Part shown: positions 48,842 through 59,301 of the stretch, piece by piece
Numbering within the stretch: position 1 is the first letter of the stretch
Layout of the letters: every line of letters starts with the position of its first letter
Assembly (NCBI GenBank): GCA_977020255.1
Contig: CDROCS010002105.1
Span: forward strand, 496,001-560,000
Source: Obrimoposthia wandeli
Taxonomy: Eukaryota
Direction of reading: 5' to 3'
Length of the DNA stretch: 64,000 nt
Program-made: the position numbers and the translations under genes
Notes under the pieces: model-generated
What the model saw: the letters and a program-made list of their open reading frames with translations, nothing else
Told to the model about the DNA's origin: nothing
The model's database searches: none

Positions 48842-49705
48842 ATGAAAAAAGGTATATCAGCCGCTTTAGCTACAACGCTTTTAGTGTGTACAGCATACAC
48901 AAGTCAGATTTCAGCGAAGGAAAATACAATGGACCTATCTAATAAAGACAAAGCGGTTGCTGTACTTAACAGTATTGAAACGGGCGATCAGCAAGCGATT
49001 AGCTATGTAAATCCAGACAAATACATTCAGCATAACCTAGCAGTAGGAGATGGTCTTTCTGGGTTTGGCGCAGTACTGCAAGCGCTTCCAGAGGGCAGTG
49101 CAAAGGTTAATGTAAAACGTGCCTTTACTGATGGTGACTACGTATTTACACATACCGACTATAATTTCTTCGGCCCTAAAGTTGGCTTTGATGTATTCCG
49201 TTTTGAAGGTGGCTTAATTGTTGAACACTGGGATAACCTTGCTGAAAAATTAGGGCTAAATCCAAGTAATCGTACTCAGTTAGATGGCTCAACAGAGGTT
49301 AGAGACTTAGATAAGACAGAAGAGAACAAAGCACTCGTTACTGACTTTGTTGATACGATTCTGATGAAAGGTGATTTTGCACAACTAGGTCGCTTTATTG
49401 ACGATGGTGATGCCGATTATCTTCAACATAACACAGCCATAGCAGACGGTGTTTCCGGCTTAGGCAAAGCGCTAGATGAGATGGCAAAGCAAGGCATTAA
49501 AATGGTTTACACAGAAAACCATATCGTATTAGGTGAAGGTAACTTCGTTCTGAGTATTAGTGAAGGTAGCCTAGGTGGAGAACATGTTTCTTTCTATGAT
49601 CTATTCCGTATTGAAAAGAATAAAATTGTAGAACACTGGGATACTATCGAGTCAATTCCAGCGAAAAATGCATGGAAAAATAATAATGGTAAATTTGGTT
49701 TCTAA
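48842..49705 (+). CDS. Exported tandem SnoaL/NTF2-like protein
   Basis: Two repeats of YIQHN..V.DG..G and DVFRFE.G.IVEHWD; signal peptide. Confidence 0.85.
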   Translation: MKKGISAALATTLLVCTAYTSQISAKENTMDLSNKDKAVAVLNSIETGDQQAISYVNPDKYIQHNLAVGDGLSGFGAVLQALPEGSAKVNVKRAFTDGDYVFTHTDYNFFGPKVGFDVFRFEGGLIVEHWDNLAEKLGLNPSNRTQLDGSTEVRDLDKTEENKALVTDFVDTILMKGDFAQLGRFIDDGDADYLQHNTAIADGVSGLGKALDEMAKQGIKMVYTENHIVLGEGNFVLSISEGSLGGEHVSFYDLFRIEKNKIVEHWDTIESIPAKNAWKNNNGKFGF

Positions 49706-49856
49706 ATAGAGCTAATCTTTCAAATAGAGATCGCCTTCCAAATAAACCGTAGCCATAATATCGCTATGGTTTTCTCGGTTATGGAGTCGATAAGTAGTTC
49801 TTATCAACAACTATCAAGCTAGTTCAACGCCGTGAACATATTTAAGATAACAATAA

Positions 49857-49895
49857 AACCCGATAGCCTATTTAGAAGGCTATCGGGTTATTTTT
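49857..49895. terminator. Bidirectional terminator
   Basis: AACCCGATAGCCT-ATTTAGA-AGGCTATCGGGTT-ATTTTT. Confidence 0.75.
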
Positions 49896-49915
49896 ATTTA
49901 AACCTCATTAGTTAA

Positions 49916-51418
49916 TTAATGACTAACTCGTTTTGGATCTCGTTTTGAGGATGATTTATATGGTTTCGGTGTTTTGGCTATTTCAGCATCGGTGAATGTT
50001 TTTAGGTAAGCAACAAGTGCTGCTTCATCATAAGTACTTAAGCGAAGATTTCCTGGTAAAGGGAAAGGAACCCCCGTTGAAGCAAATTGGATAAGTGACC
50101 CGTCTAAGATTTCAGGTTCTGGCCAACAGTTCAATTTTAATGCCTCTTTTTCGGTCACATTGTTAGATGGACAAGAGTCTTTAATTGCACCGGTGTTATA
50201 AAAATGAACAATGCCTTCCAGAGTCTTAAAATAGCCATTATGGGTGTAAGCCTTCACAAAGTTTTTGCCGGGGCGCTGGTCAACATTACGTAGGGTTGGT
50301 GTTTTGTGCATCCCGAGATGAGATGACAGCGCTTCATTTCTCGGGGTCGATGGGTCATCTTCTACCACGAAACCTGTTACTTTATAAAGGCCTTCATCCA
50401 GTTCCGAGCTGCCTGGGTTATCATAGTTTACGGGGAAGCCTATCTTGTGGTAGCTATCGTCGGTGTATCTTTCTGTTAGACTACTTTCTCCATTATCGTC
50501 ACTCTGATGGCAACCAGCACACCCCGCTCTACCATAAAACAGCTCTTGCCCTTTAGCTTCTAGTTTGGTGAATTTTGCTGTCTCCCGCATTACGTCATCA
50601 CGTTTAGATGTGAAATTATTGTTTTCAGTTGATAACTGCCAAGCGCCTAAAGCCGTGGCAAACCGGGCAAAAACACGATCGATATACTCGTTACAATCGA
50701 GTTCTACTCCCCAAGCATATTCGTATAACTCCGCCCCCCATTTGGTACTTTCAACGAGCTGACAAGTTTCGGTTTTACTGGATAAGCCTTGCTCGACAGG
50801 ATTGATAAAAGGGCTGGCATGTGCCTGATGAGTCACAGGGTTTATGGCATACTGATTATATAAGTCTTTATAATCATAAGCATTATCTAGCCCAGCGAAA
50901 GCATCAATAGCTACACCTTTATCATCGAGTAGATCTCCCCCTAAGGCACGTCCATCCCAGAAAGCACCACCACATAGACCTGATGGGATCGAGCTACATG
51001 CGCCAAATGGCTGTAAACCTTTTACGTCACCATTTATAGCGAGGAAGGCGGCGTACTTATTCGTTGGCGGCTTACGATTACCGACTGTATGCGGGTTTGC
51101 CCCCGTAACGGCAACTTGGGTCAGGTTGGTTTGAGAATGCTCATTAGTACCACCAGCACTGGGTGAGTGACAACTTGCACAAGCCTGACGTTTTGGAAAG
51201 GAGATATTCGTAAAAAATAGCCTCTTACCTAATTCCTCTATGTAAGTAAGATCAGATTCTCCTGAATTTGGTTTTGCATCTACTGTATTGGGAAAGGCAG
51301 ATATTCCAAGAGCTAAACCGACAGAAGCAATTAACATTGCCGATTTTTTTTTATTCCCTACACGGATTTTAAATTCTATTTCTGTCATTTTTGTGCGCCT
51401 CTGCATGTAATGATTCAT
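49916..51418 (-). CDS. Dihaem cytochrome c, bCcP/MauG superfamily
   Basis: Signal peptide; haem motifs CASCH and CAGCH; FWDGRA; KTPTLRNV; HNGYFKTLEGIVHFYN. Confidence 0.88.
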   Translation of the reverse strand: MNHYMQRRTKMTEIEFKIRVGNKKKSAMLIASVGLALGISAFPNTVDAKPNSGESDLTYIEELGKRLFFTNISFPKRQACASCHSPSAGGTNEHSQTNLTQVAVTGANPHTVGNRKPPTNKYAAFLAINGDVKGLQPFGACSSIPSGLCGGAFWDGRALGGDLLDDKGVAIDAFAGLDNAYDYKDLYNQYAINPVTHQAHASPFINPVEQGLSSKTETCQLVESTKWGAELYEYAWGVELDCNEYIDRVFARFATALGAWQLSTENNNFTSKRDDVMRETAKFTKLEAKGQELFYGRAGCAGCHQSDDNGESSLTERYTDDSYHKIGFPVNYDNPGSSELDEGLYKVTGFVVEDDPSTPRNEALSSHLGMHKTPTLRNVDQRPGKNFVKAYTHNGYFKTLEGIVHFYNTGAIKDSCPSNNVTEKEALKLNCWPEPEILDGSLIQFASTGVPFPLPGNLRLSTYDEAALVAYLKTFTDAEIAKTPKPYKSSSKRDPKRVSH

Positions 51419-52088
51419 TTTTCAAGCATGTGGTTTTGATGTCATTAATTGCTTGGAATTATAAGTTGCAGTCATAAATAAAATAGGGTGAACGGTGTTG
51501 GAAGGATTCTTAAATGTTGGAATTTTCTAAGATTTAGGTCAGGTTGAAGTATTAAATTAATGTGTGGTTATTCATATATGATACACAAAATTATTTTAGT
51601 GATTTTTTCTTATTTGTGTGACTTTTATTACTTTTGCTACATTAAATTGATATAAAACAATTTGATCCGAGAAATAGGCACTAATAATCAATGTATAAGC
51701 CGTTAGATTAAAAAATCTAAGAGTGTTAATTTAGTGATAAATAAAAACAGAAAGAAAAACGTCAATAAAACTATATTAACAATCCTGATATCGGGTTTTA
51801 TTTTTTGTACTGATTCACAAATATTGACGGTTAACGCCTTATTTTGCACATTGCTATGAGGTTCGCTGCATATTTGGATGGTGTGAAGATTAGCGATATT
51901 TAACTTATATCATCCATGATGATTCGTTATCAGTTGTGAACTGATGGGACCGAAAGCACTTTCGTTTTAGGAAATAATTCCTTACTGACTGACAACTCAC
52001 TAAGTCATTGAAAATAAGTATGTATTTCATGTAAATGATAAGTGTATAGTGCTGGTTTGGTTGAGTATGTAAGTGTGGATGTCAGTAT

Positions 52089-54875
52089 ATGGAAATAAAA
52101 AGGCTTATTAGGGTTTGGGGAATTATTTTTGCCACGTTGTTGCTGGTGGCTTGCCAGCGCGTGCCTGAACCTCAGTTACTTCAGGCGGATAGCCAATGGC
52201 AACAAGGGCAATTGAAAAACGGAATGCAATATCATTTGCTGCCAATTAGTGGAGAGTCCGTTTCGCTCCGTTTGCTAGTTCATACTGGTGCCGTTGATGA
52301 AACTGCAGAGCAGGCAGGTTATGCGCATTTCCTTGAGCACATGGCGTTTCTTGGCAGTTCTGGTTTCGGAGCAAAGCATGTTGAGTCTTTGTTTGTTGAT
52401 GCGGGCGTGTCGTTTGGCAATGACCTAAATGCATTTACGACACATGATGTAACGACTTATCAAATCGATCTACCGAATAATGAGCGCTTAGAAAGTGCGA
52501 TGACTTGGCTAAGCGATATTGCCACTGGAAAGCTTACCTTAGATCCAAGCCTTATTGAGAATGAAAAAGGGGCTGTTTTAGGCGAGTTTCGATTTTCCCA
52601 ACGTGGTGATAAGCCCGCTGAGCTGAAAGTCTTTGAGGCGTTACTACAAGGTAGTCGCTATGAAGGTAGAGATGTACTCGGCACGACAGGCAGCATTAAT
52701 AGCCTGAATCGTGATGGATTGTTGTCATTTTATCGTACGCATTATCTACCTCAAAATACAGAATTGATTATTACCGGAGACATTGATCGTAAGCAGTTAG
52801 AGCCTATGATCGCACAGCATTTTAGTGCATCAGAAGAAGCTGCCGTTCAAGATGTTAAAACAGAGTCAGAAGATGAAGGGATTGCGGATCTTACATCAGA
52901 ACCTTTGTTTATCTCAGGCTCGGCAGGGCAACAGGCTGGCATAGCTTTGCTAGTTGAATTGAGTGACAAACAAGTGACTACCGATGCTGAATACCAGACC
53001 TTGCTACTTGAAGACACGGTGATTCAAGCTATCGGGCTGAGGTTGCAAGATCGGCACATAGAAGCCCAATCGCCGCTGCTCAATTCATTTGCCTATAACA
53101 GCCTTTATATCAATCGCCGTATTGGTGAGATTGTCGTTGAATTTGAAGAATCTGATCGGCTGGCAGCTCAGAACTTTTTTGCTGAAGAATTAGCAAGCTT
53201 ACGAGATCATGGCGTTGATGATGTTGAGCTAGCGACGATTAAAGAAACGTGGCGAAATGATGTTAATGGCCTAGATACACAGTGGCTAAACAAAAAAGCT
53301 GCCAATTATTCTGACGATCGTCTTTACACTCTAATGGAAGGTAAAACACAACTGTCGAAGGAAGTGATTCGAAGCCAGTTGCAACAATTTATTAAACAGC
53401 TTGATCAAGCAAAGCTGAACCAAGCGATTAAAAAATACCTCAGTGCTGCAAACAATAAACCCGTTTTATTGCTTACAAGAGAAGAAAATACAGAGAAAGC
53501 CAAAGCGACATTCGCTCAGTTTCAGACGCAATTTTCAGCATCAGGTAAAGAACTCTTGATGGCTTCCTCTTCAGGTGATTTTCCATTGCCTGAAAAAGGA
53601 GGAGAAATAACGTCTTATGAAGTAATTGAACCAACCACACACCGCTGGACATTAGAAAACGGTGTTGAAGTCTGGTTAAGGCAGATGCCTGAATCGGGTG
53701 ATGATGTGTACCTGTATCTGATGTCATCTGGTGGTATAGCGGCATTGCAACCAGAATTGTACCATGCAGCTACAATGGTAGGCCCCGTCTTTGCCCGCAG
53801 TGGATTGGCAGGTTTTTCTGCGCCGGAATTTAATAAGTTACTGCTTCGCCATAACACCTATATTGAGCCCATTCTTTGGAAAACCTCACACGGTTTATAT
53901 AGTGAGACGGCTAAAAAGGAGCTTCCTTTTGCTTTATCAGTGCTTAACCAGGCAATGACAGCAGCGAAAGTGGACGAACGGCAATTTGCGGCAGTACAGC
54001 ATGAACTCATTGTTGAGCAGAATAATTGGTTGTTATCTCCGTTCGGTCGTTTTGCCAATCAGAGTTACGGTACACTTTATCCTGTTGACAGCCCAAACCA
54101 GATTGTAACTGGGGATGATTTAGAGCAAGTAACATCGGATCAAGTGCAGGCTGTTTTTGACACATTGATGAAGAAAAAGCGTAATTTTACCCTAGTTGTC
54201 AGCGCTGATATTGAGGTTGGAGACTTTAATCGGATGCTCAGACGTTATGTGGCTGGTATTCCCTTTGAATCAGCAGAATTAATTACTGATTATCGGGCTG
54301 AGCCGAAGGTCACTATTGCGTCGGTGAATGTGATGGAAGCGGTAGATAATACGGTTAATTATGAGGTTAACCTGTTTTCTCAGGGAGAGCCGAAAACAAC
54401 GCGAGATCGTTTTACCACCGATTTGTTCTATCGGTTATTGGACAAGAGATACCGTGATAATCTGCGTAATGCCCATGGGCTGAGTTATGCACCCAGTATT
54501 ACTTTGCTTTGGTTTGATGGTAGTGGTGAGGCGCTGGTGTCATTTGTCGTCAATGCGGCACCTGATAAGTTGGATGCTGTACGAAGCAGTACTCAACAGG
54601 TATTGCGAAAGGCAAGGATGGGCTTTACCGATAGGGAGTTTGCGGCGGCTAAGTCACAATTGGCAGCAGATCTGAAATCGGATCAGACTAACCCGCAAGC
54701 ACAGGCGCGGATGCTCAGTAGTTATCTGCTCTTTGGTGCAGACCCACAAGCGGTTATTCATCCAGAGAAGATTATGTCGACACTGACATTAGCGGAAGTT
54801 AATGCGTTATCAGAACGCCTGATAGGCAAGAACACTCAACAGATGGAAGCAATGCTTACACCTAAAGAAGGCTAA
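52089..54875 (+). CDS. M16 zinc protease (PqqL-like), lipoprotein
   Basis: Lipobox LLVAC, GYAHFLEHMAF (HXXEH), NAFTTHDVTTY, duplicated M16 halves. Confidence 0.9.
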   Translation: MEIKRLIRVWGIIFATLLLVACQRVPEPQLLQADSQWQQGQLKNGMQYHLLPISGESVSLRLLVHTGAVDETAEQAGYAHFLEHMAFLGSSGFGAKHVESLFVDAGVSFGNDLNAFTTHDVTTYQIDLPNNERLESAMTWLSDIATGKLTLDPSLIENEKGAVLGEFRFSQRGDKPAELKVFEALLQGSRYEGRDVLGTTGSINSLNRDGLLSFYRTHYLPQNTELIITGDIDRKQLEPMIAQHFSASEEAAVQDVKTESEDEGIADLTSEPLFISGSAGQQAGIALLVELSDKQVTTDAEYQTLLLEDTVIQAIGLRLQDRHIEAQSPLLNSFAYNSLYINRRIGEIVVEFEESDRLAAQNFFAEELASLRDHGVDDVELATIKETWRNDVNGLDTQWLNKKAANYSDDRLYTLMEGKTQLSKEVIRSQLQQFIKQLDQAKLNQAIKKYLSAANNKPVLLLTREENTEKAKATFAQFQTQFSASGKELLMASSSGDFPLPEKGGEITSYEVIEPTTHRWTLENGVEVWLRQMPESGDDVYLYLMSSGGIAALQPELYHAATMVGPVFARSGLAGFSAPEFNKLLLRHNTYIEPILWKTSHGLYSETAKKELPFALSVLNQAMTAAKVDERQFAAVQHELIVEQNNWLLSPFGRFANQSYGTLYPVDSPNQIVTGDDLEQVTSDQVQAVFDTLMKKKRNFTLVVSADIEVGDFNRMLRRYVAGIPFESAELITDYRAEPKVTIASVNVMEAVDNTVNYEVNLFSQGEPKTTRDRFTTDLFYRLLDKRYRDNLRNAHGLSYAPSITLLWFDGSGEALVSFVVNAAPDKLDAVRSSTQQVLRKARMGFTDREFAAAKSQLAADLKSDQTNPQAQARMLSSYLLFGADPQAVIHPEKIMSTLTLAEVNALSERLIGKNTQQMEAMLTPKEG

Positions 54876-54913
54876 CTAGAAGCTTGATGGAAGAATAATC
54901 AGCTATGCCACTC

Positions 54914-54947
54914 AAAAAGCCTCGAGTATCGCTCGGGGCTTTTTTTT
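54914..54947 (+). terminator. Intrinsic terminator
   Basis: AAAAAGCCTCGAG...CTCGGGGCTTTTTTTT. Confidence 0.75.
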
Positions 54948-55118
54948 CTCCTTATATCCTGTTATTTCCCTTCACCTTTAGCATGCCACCTTCTGATTGA
55001 TTATTAGGCAAATTGTATAGAGTTAATCGATTGCCTAAGCAACTAGATTCTTAATTGGTATATTGGGTTGACCTTACCGTTCACGGGGCGCCTAATTGCA
55101 CTTATTTTGTAAGAAAAT

Positions 55119-56036
55119 GTGAATGTGAGAGCCATGAATAAGACATCGATTATCGCAACTGCAATAGCTTCACTTGCTCTGCTTCCGAATGTTGCCCATG
55201 CTTGGAATTATCAAGGGCATGTTACCGTGGCACAAATTGCTTATCAGAATCTAGACACCGCAGCCCGTACACAAGTGGATGTACTGGCAGCCAAGGCTTA
55301 CCAGTCGATGCCTAAAGATATTCAACAAAAAATGGATAGCTTTGAAGGGGCGAGCCAATTTGCCAAATTGGCAATGGTGCCAGATTTGATCCGTAAGATT
55401 CCGGCTGAAGATATTTGGGCGCAAATGGGTGAAACAATTCCTGCAAGCCTGAACCAGTGGGATGAGAAAGAAACAGGCGCATGGCACTATATAAACCAAA
55501 CTTATCCTGCAACGAGCCAGTGTGATTTCATTCATACGCCTAACATCAAGCTTGTTGCTAGTTACCTTTTTGACGATTTTGAACAGAACCCGCAAGCTGC
55601 CAGTATGATGTTCATGAGCCATGTCGCGGGTGACTCACATCAGCCAATGCACTCTATCTCTCAGAGCCTAAATCAAAATACATGTGAAACGGATTTAGGT
55701 GCCAATAAGCATACGTTAGACGTGCCACAAAAAGATTTACACCACCTGTGGGATAGCGGCATGGGTTTATTGGACACGGCACATAATATCAATGATTTTG
55801 CGACGGATCTTCAGTTGGCATACCCAAGTACAACATTGACTCTGGGCAAAACTGCAGATGTTGATTTGTGGGTAACCGAGAGCTATCAGTTGGCTGATTT
55901 CGGTTACAGTGTAGCAATTGACGCAAAGCCATCGGAAGCTTATTACAGTAAAGGCACCGAACTGGTGAAACAGCGTATGGCTCAGGCTGGTTATCGTCTT
56001 GCTGACGAACTAAACTCGGCTTTAGCTAAAAAGTAA
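55119..56036 (+). CDS. S1/P1 nuclease (secreted)
   Basis: Signal peptide, mature W-NYQGH, PD.IR, WHYIN, HVAGDSHQPMH, LHHLWD: all Zn ligands recognisable. Confidence 0.92.
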   Translation: MNVRAMNKTSIIATAIASLALLPNVAHAWNYQGHVTVAQIAYQNLDTAARTQVDVLAAKAYQSMPKDIQQKMDSFEGASQFAKLAMVPDLIRKIPAEDIWAQMGETIPASLNQWDEKETGAWHYINQTYPATSQCDFIHTPNIKLVASYLFDDFEQNPQAASMMFMSHVAGDSHQPMHSISQSLNQNTCETDLGANKHTLDVPQKDLHHLWDSGMGLLDTAHNINDFATDLQLAYPSTTLTLGKTADVDLWVTESYQLADFGYSVAIDAKPSEAYYSKGTELVKQRMAQAGYRLADELNSALAKK

Positions 56037-56074
56037 ACGTTATTCGTTTATTCATTAAATAAGATAATAAATAC

Positions 56075-56104
56075 AGCCTGTATCTTTATGGTACGGGCTT
56101 TTTT
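56075..56104 (+). terminator. Intrinsic terminator
   Basis: AGCCTGTATC...GGTACGGGCT-TTTTT. Confidence 0.65.
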
Positions 56105-56347
56105 ATGTCTTGCGTGTGGCCTTTAGCGGCCACCTAACTCATTTTTGTCCATCATCAGTTAATAAGAGTGATCACTCTAAGCCAGATTTGTCCTATAGTT
56201 CATTAGAGTTAATACTCATAAAAGTTTGTACACCCTTGTTTAACTGTGTGTTTCTCATTCGACAAGTATCAGAGCGCGTTATATGGGCTAGAGTGCATTT
56301 AAAGGTATTTTAATTTTATTAAAGGATATTTTACAGGATGTATCATC

Positions 56348-57193
56348 ATGAATAATCTCACTATTTCAAACATTGCCGCTAGCCATCTACTGACAAATAT
56401 CAAAGATAATGTACTTACTATTACCATGAATCGACCCAATAAATTAAATGGGTGGACGATGGAAATGATGGATGCGCTTAGTGAAGTGTTTTCAGTTGCC
56501 AATACCAACGATGCCGTTAAGGCGATCATATTATCGGGTGAAGGTAAATATTACTCTGCTGGCGTAAATTTAGGCGGCTCACTTAAAGTTATGCCCCCGA
56601 AAAAGCTGCATAATTTGATCGTAAAAAATAATTTGAGGTTATTTGATATTTTCCTTAACTGTAACAAGCCTTTACTTATTGCCGTTAATGGCCCTGCAAT
56701 TGGTGCAAGTGTTACATCCGCGACCTTAGCAAATAGTATCATTGCATCAGAAAATGCGACTTTCTCAACCCCCTTTTCGGCGTTAGGTTTAACTCCCGAA
56801 GGTTGCTCTAGTTTTCATTTTCCTCGTTTATTGGGTGAAGAGAATGCTCAGCGTATGTTAGGCCGTGAAGGTTGGAAACCCAGCGCCAAAGAAGCATTGG
56901 ACGTTGGCTTAATTCAAAAAGTTGTCCCTCAAGAGAATCTAATGGAAGAGGCTGAACGTATTGCTCAACATTGGGTTGCTAATAATGAACAGCGTCAATT
57001 TTTAGCTGGCAGTACGTTAGAAAAACTCAAAGAGACGAATGCTCATGAATCAGAACAGCTTGCGGATTCATTTTTAGGTGCCGATTTTTTAAAAGAACAG
57101 TCGCGTTTTTTTTGGCGTAAAAAGAAATATGCTCCGTCAGCTTTGTTCTTTACCTTATGGACATTAAGGCCATTATGGGGTCGGTTAATGTAA
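56348..57193 (+). CDS. Enoyl-CoA hydratase/isomerase (crotonase; ECI-like)
   Basis: ITMNRPNKLNG, YYSAGVNL, AVNGPAIGA, PFSALGLTPEGCSS. Confidence 0.9.
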   Translation: MNNLTISNIAASHLLTNIKDNVLTITMNRPNKLNGWTMEMMDALSEVFSVANTNDAVKAIILSGEGKYYSAGVNLGGSLKVMPPKKLHNLIVKNNLRLFDIFLNCNKPLLIAVNGPAIGASVTSATLANSIIASENATFSTPFSALGLTPEGCSSFHFPRLLGEENAQRMLGREGWKPSAKEALDVGLIQKVVPQENLMEEAERIAQHWVANNEQRQFLAGSTLEKLKETNAHESEQLADSFLGADFLKEQSRFFWRKKKYAPSALFFTLWTLRPLWGRLM

Positions 57194-57291
57194 ATACAAT
57201 TAACATTTTGCTCATTTACAATGACGGTGACTGACTTTACTGGTCTTTTATTGATGAATAAGGATAATAGCTACCTCTGTTTGCTGTCTTA

Positions 57292-57990
57292 ATGTTGCCT
57301 TCCATGCGCCTTGATAAATTCATTTGTAAAAGTACCGATCTAACCCGAAATGAAGCGACTTTGTTGATCAATGCGGGAAATGTCATCGTTAACAATGAAG
57401 TCGTTAGTAATGAGGCGACTCAGGTTCATGAAAACAATGACGTTCTGTTAGACGGGAAAAAACTAATAGCACGTGCTTCGCGTTATATTTTGATGCATAA
57501 GCCTCTTAATACAATCTGTTCGAATATTGATGAAGTATACCCATCATTGTTTAACTACATCGATGTAGAAAAAGCAGAAGATCTGCATATTGCAGGGCGT
57601 TTAGATGCAGATACAACAGGTTTGGTATTGATAACTGATGATGGTCGCTGGTCTTTTAATATCATCACGCCGAATAAGCAGTGCGAAAAAACGTACCGTG
57701 TTGGTTTGAGAAACCCAATTGCAGATGGTGCTGCTGATAAGTTTAAACAGGGCGTGCAATTACAAGGCGAGAAACAACTTACATTGCCTGCGAAACTCGA
57801 CGTTGTTACCTCGAATGAAGTGTTACTTACAATAACAGAAGGTAAGTACCATCAAGTAAAACGCATGTTTTCTGCCATCGGTAATCGCGTTGTAACGTTA
57901 CACAGAGAGCAGATAGGCAATATCAAATTAGATATTGAGGTAGGGAAGTGGCGTTTTCTAACACCAGAAGAAGTTGACTGTTTTAAGTAA
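57292..57990 (+). CDS. RsuA-family pseudouridine synthase
   Basis: MRLDKF S4 domain, HKP, AGRLDADTTGL, EGKYHQVKRMF; may be an rsuA paralogue. Confidence 0.93.
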   Translation: MLPSMRLDKFICKSTDLTRNEATLLINAGNVIVNNEVVSNEATQVHENNDVLLDGKKLIARASRYILMHKPLNTICSNIDEVYPSLFNYIDVEKAEDLHIAGRLDADTTGLVLITDDGRWSFNIITPNKQCEKTYRVGLRNPIADGAADKFKQGVQLQGEKQLTLPAKLDVVTSNEVLLTITEGKYHQVKRMFSAIGNRVVTLHREQIGNIKLDIEVGKWRFLTPEEVDCFK

Positions 57991-58027
57991 GATGACATAG
58001 TTCATATGCTTATTACCATAATAACGA

Positions 58028-59059
58028 TTAAATTTGTACAAACGGCGGACAATTAAAAGCGGGTAACCCAAAACTACGTAAGGCATCGGTATAGCAATCG
58101 CGCTTTTCTTTGCCTTCTGGAAAATCAGATGTTGATAGTTGGTCGTTAACCGCAATGTGATTAAAATGAATGGATTGCGTTATTTTTTTATTTTGTAAAC
58201 GATTCTGCCAATGTAAAACATTGAATAAAACATGAGAGCGGTGAACATGAATAGAAGCACTCACCAGTGTTGCTGTTTGAATATTGTAATTAGCCAATAG
58301 CGCTAAACTTAATCTGGCATTATCAATAGTGTTCGTTGCTTTATTTTCTTCTATAATTCTACCTTTACTAATTCCTTGTTCAACTAACCACGCTTTCATT
58401 GCATAAGATTCGGTTTTTCCGACTTTAGCTAACCCTCCCGTAACGATAATAAGCGCCTTCGGATATTGATTAGCCAGAGATAGCGTTAGTTTCAATCGCT
58501 TTAATAATGGTGGTGCTATTGATCCGTCATCATTCAATAAATAACCCAAGGTGATAATAGCGCGCCCAGAATGTGTACTTTTATCTATCGTTTGTTTTGA
58601 TGTTGCACATAGAGATAAATAATCCATTGGGTAACTTAGAATCGCTTCTAATATAGCGAGCAATGTTTTTACTTGTAACGCGTGATGTGAATCTAACGCT
58701 TCAAGCTGATGAAGGTAAGATGTCATTTTTCGATGGTCATTTTGATGGTGTAGCCAAACAGTGATGTAGGTTAAAGCCGTGACTTTATCTTGATGGTTTT
58801 GAGCCGTTAGCAAAGCGTGTTGATAAGACAGCAGTGCGGAATGTATATCGTGACTGAACGTTAGCATGTTGGCTAAGGTGAAATGATGCTCAACGCTTGA
58901 AGGTGACAGTACAAGCGCTTCTTGAAGATAAAAAACAACGGCTTCTAAGTTCGATACGAGCTGTCCATTTAAAGGATACTGCAAACGATCTTTACTATTA
59001 AACGCATCAAAAGCATACCGAGAAAGTACGTTAAGAGGACGCTGCTCTGTTATTTCCAT
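58028..59059 (-). CDS. YdcF/DUF218 (ElyC/SanA) protein with TPR-like N-terminus
   Basis: IITLG...RLKL..IIVTGG..ES..M..L...EENKATNTIDNA...VSASIHVHRS. Confidence 0.82.
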   Translation of the reverse strand: MEITEQRPLNVLSRYAFDAFNSKDRLQYPLNGQLVSNLEAVVFYLQEALVLSPSSVEHHFTLANMLTFSHDIHSALLSYQHALLTAQNHQDKVTALTYITVWLHHQNDHRKMTSYLHQLEALDSHHALQVKTLLAILEAILSYPMDYLSLCATSKQTIDKSTHSGRAIITLGYLLNDDGSIAPPLLKRLKLTLSLANQYPKALIIVTGGLAKVGKTESYAMKAWLVEQGISKGRIIEENKATNTIDNARLSLALLANYNIQTATLVSASIHVHRSHVLFNVLHWQNRLQNKKITQSIHFNHIAVNDQLSTSDFPEGKEKRDCYTDALRSFGLPAFNCPPFVQI

Positions 59060-59301
59060 TTTATTTTGCCTTGTCTTTTTCTTTTATAATCAACAGATTG
59101 CTACTTATAATGAGTAGTTTATGAGCTTTTTGATGAATTGCAAGAAATCCACACCGCTACCCCAACTGACCTCAAGAGAGAACAAAACCTTAAACGGGGT
59201 ATCAATCGTACTACTTTATCAGAATAAGCTATTTTTATAAGTAATCAGTATGAAGTTATCTTTTACATTTCTAACATGTGTAACGCATAAAGGATCAAAC
59301 A

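Noticed and set aside
51930-51965. Hammerhead-like CTGATG…GAAA string
   Set aside because: Reads CTGATGG rather than CTGANGA, has no room for stem II, and CTGA is tied up in a local TCAGTT/AACTGA hairpin.
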